The position numbers and the translations under genes are program-made. The notes beneath the pieces were generated by a model. It saw only the letters and a program-made list of their open reading frames with translations, was not told the origin of the DNA and did not search any database. Positions 17,361-24,764 of a DNA stretch of 32,707 nucleotides are shown here, piece after piece. How positions within the stretch are numbered: the stretch's first letter is position 1; each line of letters opens with the position of its first letter. Origin of the DNA: Candidatus Eiseniibacteriota bacterium (GTDB lineage: Bacteria > Eisenbacteria > RBG-16-71-46 > CAZEPH01); the NCBI GenBank assembly GCA_044229145.1, contig JBGATO010000044.1, forward strand, positions 1 to 32,707. The letters run 5' to 3'.

Positions 17361-18484
17361 CGGATGACGACGTTCGCGGTGAGGGCGCCGGCGGCTTGCA
17401 GCGCTTCGAAGATCGCGGCGATCTCGTCGGCGCTCGCGCGCGCGGCGTGCAGACCGCTGGCGATGTCCCCCACCGACGCGTTCGCCGGCATGCTGAGCGA
17501 GGCGTTGGCGAGATCCGTCGCCGCGCTGCCGCTGCTCGGGGCCGCCGGGATGCCGGGCACGGTGCCGTTCGGATTTGCCGCGGCCGCGCCGCCGCGCGGG
17601 CCGCCGATGCGCAGCGTGATGCCGCGGTGGCTGATCACCGCCTGTCCCACGGCGATGTCGCCGCCGGCCACCACGGTGCCGTCGCGGCCATCGATCACGA
17701 TGCGCGCCGCGTCGCGCGTCTGCACGACCACGGTGTCGACCGCGGCAAGGAAGCCGGACACGCCTCCGTTCTGCGTCGCGGACGCCGGCGGCGTGAGCTG
17801 CACCGAGCCGGGGTCGCCGGCGATCGCGGTGTTGGCGCCGAATGCCGCGTTGAGCGCGGCGGCAATGCGCGACGCCGTCGTCATATCCGGCTCGCGCAAC
17901 GCCAGAGTGGTGGATGGCGTGAGGGGCGCCGGATCGACCTCGATCACACCGCCCTGACGGATGCGGCCGGTGTTGCCGCGGCGCAGCGCGCTCATCCGGC
18001 CGGCGCTGCCCTCGGGCAGCTCGACGAACAGCGCACCTTGCGCGGTGGCCACCGGCGGCTGCGACGGATTCTCGACCAGCGGCGTCATCCACAGCGTGCC
18101 GCCGCGCAACGAGGTCGCCTCGCCGATCGCCGACACCTGCACCTCGAAGCGCGCGCCACTGCGCAGATACGGCGACACTTCTGCGGTCACCAGCACGGCG
18201 GCGACATCGCGGGCGCGGATGTACTCCGGCGGCACTTCGATCTGGAAGCGGCGCAGCAGATTCACGATCGACTTGACGGTCGGTGTCTGCGCGTTGGCGC
18301 CGCCGAAGCTGCGATCGCCGGTGCCGTCGAGGCCGACGACGAGACCGTAGCCAACCAGGCGCCGCGGCACATCGCCCTGGCGCACCGTGAGGTCGGCGAC
18401 GCGTGCCGGCGCGGCGTGCGCAGCGGCGGCGAGCAGCACGAGCGCGGCGGCGAGCCCGCTCACGCGCAGAGCGAGACGCCTCAT
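17357..18484 (-). CDS. flgI: Flagellar P-ring protein FlgI, 375 aa
   Basis: Signal peptide; LVGYGLVVGLDGTGD, AAVLVTA, SLRGGTLWMTPL, ARIVIDGRDGTVVAG, IFEALQAAGAL. Confidence 0.95.
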   Translation of the reverse strand: MRRLALRVSGLAAALVLLAAAAHAAPARVADLTVRQGDVPRRLVGYGLVVGLDGTGDRSFGGANAQTPTVKSIVNLLRRFQIEVPPEYIRARDVAAVLVTAEVSPYLRSGARFEVQVSAIGEATSLRGGTLWMTPLVENPSQPPVATAQGALFVELPEGSAGRMSALRRGNTGRIRQGGVIEVDPAPLTPSTTLALREPDMTTASRIAAALNAAFGANTAIAGDPGSVQLTPPASATQNGGVSGFLAAVDTVVVQTRDAARIVIDGRDGTVVAGGDIAVGQAVISHRGITLRIGGPRGGAAAANPNGTVPGIPAAPSSGSAATDLANASLSMPANASVGDIASGLHAARASADEIAAIFEALQAAGALTANVVIR

Positions 18485-19197
18485 GGCCACAAGATCCCCA
18501 AGATCTTCCCGACGATGCCGGTGCGCGGTGCCATCTTCTTCCCCTTGTAGGTGATCACCGCGTTGCCGATGCGGCTGCTCAGCACGGTGTTGTTCGGCGA
18601 GACATCCTCGGTACGCACGAAGCCGGTGAGCCCGACGTCCTGCGCGCGCCCGTCGACGGTGACCTGCTTGGTCCCGGCGATCTCGGCGATGCCGTTCGGC
18701 GAGATGCTGGTGACGCGCACCGTGAGCACCGAAGTCAGGGTGCCGCTGCGGCGCGCCTCGCCGGTGTCGCGCGAGTCGCTGAGGATGCCGGTGTTGATCG
18801 TCGCGCCCTGGTCGGTGGTCGACATGTGGGCTTGCAGTGTCGGGCGCATCGAGCGGTTGCCGGTGGCGACGTTCGAGACTTGCTCCTGCGCGGCGGTTTG
18901 TTCGTCGACGACGATGGTGAGCACGTCGCCGACGTCGAGCGGCAGACGGTCGCTGTACCACGATCCGCGGCTGGCGCGCTGGCGTGCGGCCTGCGCCTTC
19001 GCGGTGGAGTCGGCGCGCGCGGCGGCGAGCGAGTCGGCGGCGGCTGGCGCCGGCGCCTGCGCCCACGCGGGGTGCGGCGTGCCGAGCAGCGCCGCGGTCA
19101 CGACGACGGCGGCGAGACGCACACGCGCCCACGCCGCGCGGCGGCGCAGCGCGGCACGGCGACGGCGAGAGAACGAAGACGAACGCGTGGTGGTCAC
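18481..19197 (-). CDS. flgH: Flagellar L-ring protein FlgH, ~238 aa
   Basis: GTG start with GGGAG RBS overlapping the flgA stop; SDR...VGDVLTIVVDE, PNG...IAGTKQV, LTGFVRTEDVSPNNTVLSSRIGNAVITY. Confidence 0.9.
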   Translation of the reverse strand: MTTTRSSSFSRRRRAALRRRAAWARVRLAAVVVTAALLGTPHPAWAQAPAPAAADSLAAARADSTAKAQAARQRASRGSWYSDRLPLDVGDVLTIVVDEQTAAQEQVSNVATGNRSMRPTLQAHMSTTDQGATINTGILSDSRDTGEARRSGTLTSVLTVRVTSISPNGIAEIAGTKQVTVDGRAQDVGLTGFVRTEDVSPNNTVLSSRIGNAVITYKGKKMAPRTGIVGKILGILWP

Positions 19198-19886
19198 GGC
19201 TGACTCCCTGTCAGGTGCACGACGCCCGCGGCGTCGGCGATGCCTTCGAGCGCGGCGCTGCGGCCGTCGACGCGCGTCCGCACGCGGCCGCCGCGCGGCG
19301 CGCCGTTGAGCGCGACGCCGCTCCATTCGAGGTGCACGTCGCCGCGTTCCCACAGCACGCGCACGGTTTGCCCCTGCTGCACGGCGGCCGGCGGCACCGC
19401 ATCGGTGTCGCGCACCGCATCGCCGGCGGCGAGCGCGCGGCGCAGCGTCCAGCCGGAGCGCGGCGCGGCGCCATCGCCACCGCGCGGCGGTCCCCAATGC
19501 GTCGATGCCGCAGAGACGATATCGCCGTCGGTAAGGATCGTGCCGGCACGCAGTGCATGCGCCGCCACCGGCGCCGATTCGGTCACACCCGCCCGCACGC
19601 GCACCGCAACATCGTGCGCGGCACCGGCGTGGAACACGCAGACGAAGTACCCGTCGGCGCCGCGTCCGGCGAGCCGGCACGTGGCATCCGCCGGCAACGC
19701 CGCGACGTCCGCCGCCGCGCGCCCGAAGTCGAGCTGCACGTCGCTCGCCGCGACACTCCAGCGCTCCGCGATCTGCGCGGCGACGATATCCGCCACCGCC
19801 GGCTGCGCGGCGACGCGCTGCACCAGCAGCAGCGCCAGCGCGCCCGCCGCCGCGGCGAACACCAGCCGCTTAGCGGACGATGTCAT
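19194..19886 (-). CDS. flgA: P-ring assembly chaperone FlgA, 230 aa
   Basis: Signal peptide; SAF-like VAAHALRAGTIL...RRALAAG...VQQGQTV...GVALNG; located between flgG and flgH. Confidence 0.85.
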   Translation of the reverse strand: MTSSAKRLVFAAAAGALALLLVQRVAAQPAVADIVAAQIAERWSVAASDVQLDFGRAAADVAALPADATCRLAGRGADGYFVCVFHAGAAHDVAVRVRAGVTESAPVAAHALRAGTILTDGDIVSAASTHWGPPRGGDGAAPRSGWTLRRALAAGDAVRDTDAVPPAAVQQGQTVRVLWERGDVHLEWSGVALNGAPRGGRVRTRVDGRSAALEGIADAAGVVHLTGSQP

Positions 19887-20658
19887 TCGTCGCCTGCATC
19901 ATCGACTCGGTGGAGGTGATGGCCTTGGCGTTGATCTCGTAGGCGCGCTGCGCCTGGATCATGTCGGTCATCTCCTGCACGATTTCGACGTTGCTCGATT
20001 CGAGCGAGCCTTGGATCAAGCGGCCGAAGCCGTCTTCCTGCGGCGCGCCGGTGAGCGCTTCGCCCGAGGATTCGCTGGCGTCGTAGAGGTTCTCGCCGGT
20101 GGCGAGCAAGCCATTCGGGTTGAGGAAGCGCGCGAGTTCGAGGTGGCCGACATCCGTCGGGGTCGTACTTCCGGCGCCGGTCACGCTCACCACGCCGCTC
20201 GGACTGATGGCGACGCTGGTCGCGTCCTTCGGAATCGTGATCGCCGGAATGACCTGGTAGCCGGCCTTGGTGACCAACATGCCGGTGTCGGAGATCGTGA
20301 AGCCGCCGTCGCGCGTGTAGGCGGTGGTGCCGTCAGGCTTCTGCACTTGGAAGAAGCCGTCGCCGTCGATGGCGACGTCGAGCGGACGGTCGGTGGCCTC
20401 CGGCGCGCCCTGCGTGTGCAGCCGCAAGATCGCGCCGACGCGCACCCCCTTGCCCACCTGCAACGGCGCCAGCGTGTCGCTGCCCGCGTAGTTCACCGAG
20501 CGCGCCCCCTGCATCGTCTCGTACAGCACGTCCTCGAACGACACGCGGCTGCGCTTGAATCCGGTGGTGTTGACGTTCGCCAAGTTGTTGGCGATGACTT
20601 CGATCATGCGCTGCTGCGCTTGCATGCCGCTGGCGGAGGTGCGGAGACTGCTGTTCAT
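19870..20658 (-). CDS. flgG: Flagellar distal rod protein FlgG, 262 aa
   Basis: IANNLANVNTTGFKRSR, YTRDG, LESSNVEIVQEMTDMIQAQRAYEIN. Confidence 0.96.
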   Translation of the reverse strand: MNSSLRTSASGMQAQQRMIEVIANNLANVNTTGFKRSRVSFEDVLYETMQGARSVNYAGSDTLAPLQVGKGVRVGAILRLHTQGAPEATDRPLDVAIDGDGFFQVQKPDGTTAYTRDGGFTISDTGMLVTKAGYQVIPAITIPKDATSVAISPSGVVSVTGAGSTTPTDVGHLELARFLNPNGLLATGENLYDASESSGEALTGAPQEDGFGRLIQGSLESSNVEIVQEMTDMIQAQRAYEINAKAITSTESMMQATNDIVR

Positions 20659-20719
20659 GAGAGCGACACCTTTCTAGTGTGGCCGTCGTGTCCTGCGGGA
20701 GCCGGAAGCGTGCGTCGCG

Positions 20720-21409
20720 CTACGGCACCTTGCCGAGTTCGCCGGTGATGGTGCCGAGCACGCCGTCCATCGCGCGCAGCGCGTCGACGTTGGCGGCGTA
20801 CGCCCGCTGAATCGTGACGAGATCGACCATCGAGCTGATCGGGTCGATGTTGGGCTCCTCGACCGAGCCCTGGCGCACCAGCGTGCGCGCGTCGGCCGGC
20901 GCGGTCGCGCCGGTGGCGACGAACTGATTCGCACCGCTCTTGGCGAGCGCGCCGGCGTCCGCGGTCACCAGGCGCAACGCGGCAACCGGCTGGCCGTCGA
21001 CCATCACCTGACCGTCGTGCCGGATTTCCACCGTCGCGCCATTGAGCACGACGGGGCCACGTTCGCCGAGCACGGCGTTGCCGTGGCCGTCGGTCAGCGT
21101 GCCGTCGGCGGCGAGGCGGAACGAACCGCCGCGCGTCAGGCGTTCGCCACGTTCGGTGGAGACCACGAAGAAGCCGGGACCGTCGAGCGAGAGGTCGAGC
21201 GCGCGGCCGGTCTCGCGAAAGGCGCCCTGGCGCAGGTCGGTCTGTTCGACCGGGACCGGATGCTCGGCGCCGCCGACCAGGTGCGCGGTGATGCGATCGG
21301 CCTTGAAACCGTCGCTACTCGCGTTGGCGATGTTGTTGGTGGCCACCTCCTGCATGCGCGTGTAGAACGACATGGTGCGCGCGGTGGTGGCGATTCCGTT
21401 CAACGACAT
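20720..21409 (-). CDS. flgF: Flagellar rod protein FlgF, 229 aa
   Basis: Start MSLNGIATTA with GAGGAG RBS; TNNIANASSDGFK, TGRALD, GFFVV, LTRGGSF, EEPNID; directly upstream of flgG. Confidence 0.88.
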   Translation of the reverse strand: MSLNGIATTARTMSFYTRMQEVATNNIANASSDGFKADRITAHLVGGAEHPVPVEQTDLRQGAFRETGRALDLSLDGPGFFVVSTERGERLTRGGSFRLAADGTLTDGHGNAVLGERGPVVLNGATVEIRHDGQVMVDGQPVAALRLVTADAGALAKSGANQFVATGATAPADARTLVRQGSVEEPNIDPISSMVDLVTIQRAYAANVDALRAMDGVLGTITGELGKVP

Positions 21410-21461
21410 GCTCTCTCCTCGGCAGCGGCGGAACGAACGACGGTGACCTCGCCGGCGAGGC

Positions 21462-21476
21462 GCAAGCGCTATGCCG
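21462..21476 (-). promoter_or_regulatory. Sigma-54 (-24/-12) promoter for the flgF operon
   Basis: Minus strand CGGCATAGCGCTTGC (GG-N10-GC) about 50 bp upstream of flgF. Confidence 0.7.
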
Positions 21477-21513
21477 CCGGCGCCGCGTGGCGCGGGCAGC
21501 ACGCTAAGTGCTT

Positions 21514-21984
21514 CTAGCGCAGAGCGGTGGCGTCGCGGCGCGGACGCGGTAGGGCGAGCCGCGGCCAGGCGAGCGCGCGGGCGAACGGCAGAACCTTCCG
21601 CTCCTGCCGGACCAACCGGAGACGTTTGCCGCCCCGCACGTCGCCCAGCAGCACGCTGCGCACCGCGTCCTGCGACATGCGCGCCTGGCGGGCGATGCTG
21701 TTGGTCGGCAACTGCCGGCGCGCCAGGTCCACGACCACGCGGCGCGGGCTGCGGTTGGCGTGCCGGATCCAGCGCACGCCGAGCAAGATCGACAGCAGGC
21801 TGAGGCCGGGCAGCAGCCGCGCTTCGAGCGGCACCGAATTGAACGCCTGCCACAGGCCGTCGCCGCTGGCGCTCACGCGCTCCCAGGCGTGCAGAGCCAC
21901 CGTCCAGTTCATCGTCGGGGCCACACTCGCCGCGCCGAGCAGCGCCAGCGTCACGCCGACCGCGGTCCACAGTTGCCGGTTCAT
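21514..21984 (-). CDS. Hypothetical membrane protein with possible HTH, 156 aa
   Basis: ATG overlaps the fliA stop, GAGGAGG RBS; two hydrophobic segments, then TNSIARQARMSQDAVRSVL. Confidence 0.65.
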   Translation of the reverse strand: MNRQLWTAVGVTLALLGAASVAPTMNWTVALHAWERVSASGDGLWQAFNSVPLEARLLPGLSLLSILLGVRWIRHANRSPRRVVVDLARRQLPTNSIARQARMSQDAVRSVLLGDVRGGKRLRLVRQERKVLPFARALAWPRLALPRPRRDATALR

Positions 21985-22748
21985 CGATCCTCCTCGGCGA
22001 CGGTCACCAGATCGCGCAACCGCGACAGCGCGCGGGTGCGGATCTGCGACACGCGCGACTCGGTGACGTGGAGCACCTCGCCGATCTGTCGCAGGTTGAG
22101 TTCTTCGAAGTAATAGAGCGCCAGCACGGTGCGATCCTTCTGCGGCAGCGCCTGGAAGCCCTCACGCAAGAGCGCGAACATCTCGGCGCGCTGCAGCTCG
22201 TCGCCGGGGTCGATGGCGTCGGGGTCGGCGACGATGTCGGCGAGCTGCGCGTCGTCGCCGTGGCCGGGGCCGGCGGCGGAATCGAGCGGCAGCAGGCTGC
22301 GCGTCTCGGCCTCGTGCCGCCACGCGTGATAGGTGTCGACTTCGACGCCGAGGGCTTCTGCCATCGCGTCGCTGGTCGGCGCGCCGCCGACACGTTGTGC
22401 GAGCGCGGACTCGGTGTGCAGCAGCTTGCGGCTGCGCTCGCGGATGGTGCGCGGCATCCAGTCGCGGTCGCGCATCTCGTCGAGCATGGCGCCGCGGATG
22501 CGCGGCATCGCGTAGGTGCTGAACGCCAGGCCGCGCGTGTGGTCGAAGCCCTCGAGCGCCTGCACCAGGCCGACGGTGCCGGCGCTCACCAGCTCGTCGA
22601 CATCGGCTTGTGAAGTGCGCTTGGCGAGCTCGCGCGCGGTGTGGTGCACGAGCCCCAGGTAGCGTTCGAGCAGTTGCCGCCGGGCGTCCATGTCCTGTTG
22701 CGTGCGGTAGCTGTCCCAGAGGGCGTCTGTCAGGTCGGTGACGGCCAC
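21981..22748 (-). CDS. fliA: RNA polymerase sigma-28 factor FliA/WhiG, 255 aa
   Basis: GTG start with GGAG RBS; ELVSAGTVGL, FSTYAMPRIRGAMLDEMRDRDW, LYYFEELNLRQIGEVLHVTESRVSQI. Confidence 0.95.
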   Translation of the reverse strand: MAVTDLTDALWDSYRTQQDMDARRQLLERYLGLVHHTARELAKRTSQADVDELVSAGTVGLVQALEGFDHTRGLAFSTYAMPRIRGAMLDEMRDRDWMPRTIRERSRKLLHTESALAQRVGGAPTSDAMAEALGVEVDTYHAWRHEAETRSLLPLDSAAGPGHGDDAQLADIVADPDAIDPGDELQRAEMFALLREGFQALPQKDRTVLALYYFEELNLRQIGEVLHVTESRVSQIRTRALSRLRDLVTVAEEDR

Positions 22749-22788
22749 GTGGTTCTCCAGCCCGGAATCGGTGGTTGCCGGCCGCGGG

Positions 22789-23619
22789 TTACGCGGGGCG
22801 GCGTGCCGGCTCGGTGGCGCGCGTCGCGGCCCACAGGTGGGCTGCCACGGCCTCGCAGTCCGGCACGGTGAGCCGCAGGGCACTGCCCGGCTGGCGCACC
22901 GCTTGGCGCATCGCGGCGTGCTCGCCGATGCAGCCGGCGTAGCGCAGCTCCCTCTGCAGGAAGCGCGCGGCCGCGAGTTCCAGCTTGGCGAAGACCTCCT
23001 CGCCTTCCGCGGCGTCCTGCGCGCGATTCACCACTACATGCATCGGCAGGGAGGGGGCTTGGAGATGAACGATTTTGACGAGCCCATACGCATCCGCCAG
23101 CGCCGCCGGCTCGGGCATCGCGACCACGCAGAGCTGGCTGGCACGCGCCGCGCTCACCCGCGCCGCCGACTCGAGTCCCGCCCCGCAGTCGAGCACCACC
23201 GCGTCGAAGCCGTCGTAGACCTCGCACAGCCGGTGATGCAGCCGCGCGCGGTCGATCGCGCTCAGCGCGTAGAGTTCCTCCGCTCCCGATTCGGCTGGCA
23301 GCAACCACAGATTCGGGGCGACCGGGTGCAGCAGCGACTCCGGCTCGCGTTCCCCGAACAGCACGCTGGAGAGCGGCGCCGCGGGACGCACGCCGAGCAG
23401 GATGTGGAGGTTGCCCTGCATCTGCGCGCCGTCGAACAGCAGCACGCGTCGTCCCTGCCGCGCCATCGCCTGCGCGAGCAGGATCGACAGCACCGACTTC
23501 CCCACCCCGCCCTTGCCGCTGCCGACGGCGAATACCGGCGGCCCGTCGTCGCCGCGTGCCGGCGCAAACGCGGCGCGCGAGGTCTGCACCGCGCGCAATC
23601 CTTGCGCTTGGTCTCTCAT
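22789..23619 (-). CDS. flhG: MinD-like flagellar number regulator FlhG/FleN, 276 aa
   Basis: N-terminal DQAQGLR; SGKGGVGKS Walker A; LDCGAG; PEPAALADAYGLVK; VVNR; directly after flhF. Confidence 0.92.
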   Translation of the reverse strand: MRDQAQGLRAVQTSRAAFAPARGDDGPPVFAVGSGKGGVGKSVLSILLAQAMARQGRRVLLFDGAQMQGNLHILLGVRPAAPLSSVLFGEREPESLLHPVAPNLWLLPAESGAEELYALSAIDRARLHHRLCEVYDGFDAVVLDCGAGLESAARVSAARASQLCVVAMPEPAALADAYGLVKIVHLQAPSLPMHVVVNRAQDAAEGEEVFAKLELAAARFLQRELRYAGCIGEHAAMRQAVRQPGSALRLTVPDCEAVAAHLWAATRATEPARRPA

Positions 23620-24764
23620 CGCGCCCCCGCCAGCACGGTCTCGACCGCCCGGGTGCGCGCGGCGTCGAGCGCCGGCACCGCGGAACGCAGGTCGGCGGGT
23701 ACGTCTTGCCCATCGGCGATCCAGCGCATCGGCACGCCGTATTCGGTGGCGAGGTCGAAGGCGAGCGTGTCGGCGGGATCTTCGTCGTGCTTGCTGGCGA
23801 GCAGGTGCGTGACGCCGTACGGCACGTGCGCCTCGAGCACCCGGCGCGCCTGCGATTCGCGCAGGCCCGACGGCAGCGCGAGGTGCACTTCGTCCGGGCG
23901 CAGTTCGCGCAGCTGGGCGCGCGTCTCGGCGGCGTCGGCATGGCCGCGCGGCCCGCGGCCCGCGGTGTCGATGAGGATGACCTCGCACTGCCGCAGCCGC
24001 TTGAGCGCGCCGGCGATCTGCCGCGTCTCGTACACGATCTCCACCGGCAGCTTCGACAGATCGCCGTAGATGCGTGTCTGCTCGATGGCGCCGATGCGAT
24101 ACGTGTCGAGCGACAGCAAGCCCACCGGCCGGGTGCCGAACACCTCGGCGTGATTGGCCAGCTTGGCGATGGTGGTGGTCTTGCCGGCGCCGGTCGGCCC
24201 GACGAAGGCGAACAGCGCCGGACGGCCGGCGGCGCGCGCGGCGGCGAGGACGGCGGAGGGCAGCAACGCGGTGGCGGCGTCGGGCGTCAGCGTGCGCGCG
24301 GCGGCCTGGGTCGCGTGGGTCAGGGTCGCAGCGTCCACCGGTGCGCCGTGCGGCACCTGGTGCGCGCGCGCCACGGCGGCGAGCGCCTGCGCCGGATCGA
24401 TACCCGGTGCCGCCAGCCGCGCCGCGCTGTAGGCGCGCGACGGCGAATGCGGGGTGACCGGCAACCCGGCCGGCGCGGTGCCGGCGAGGCGCGCCGCGAA
24501 CGCCGAGGTCAGCGGACCGCCCTGCGCCGCCAGCGCCGCGGCCGCCGAGAGCGGACGCACCGGCGGCATCTCGCCGGGCAGCGGCCGCGCCAGCGCATCG
24601 CGCGTCGCCGCCGAGTAGGCGTCGGTCGCGGTCAGTTCGAAGCCGCCGCGGTGCGTGCTGCCGATGCGGCGGATCTCGACCACCACCGCGTCGTCGCCGA
24701 GTTTGGCGCGCGCCTCCGCGAGAACGGTGGCGACGTCCTTTCCGTAGAACGTCTCATGCGGCAC
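23616..24764 (-). CDS. flhF: SRP-type GTPase FlhF, 382 aa
   Basis: ARAKLGDDAVVV N-terminus; GPTGAGKTTTIAKLA, DTYRIGAIEQ, DTAGR, SKHDE, GQDVPADL. Confidence 0.92.
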   Translation of the reverse strand: MPHETFYGKDVATVLAEARAKLGDDAVVVEIRRIGSTHRGGFELTATDAYSAATRDALARPLPGEMPPVRPLSAAAALAAQGGPLTSAFAARLAGTAPAGLPVTPHSPSRAYSAARLAAPGIDPAQALAAVARAHQVPHGAPVDAATLTHATQAAARTLTPDAATALLPSAVLAAARAAGRPALFAFVGPTGAGKTTTIAKLANHAEVFGTRPVGLLSLDTYRIGAIEQTRIYGDLSKLPVEIVYETRQIAGALKRLRQCEVILIDTAGRGPRGHADAAETRAQLRELRPDEVHLALPSGLRESQARRVLEAHVPYGVTHLLASKHDEDPADTLAFDLATEYGVPMRWIADGQDVPADLRSAVPALDAARTRAVETVLAGAR

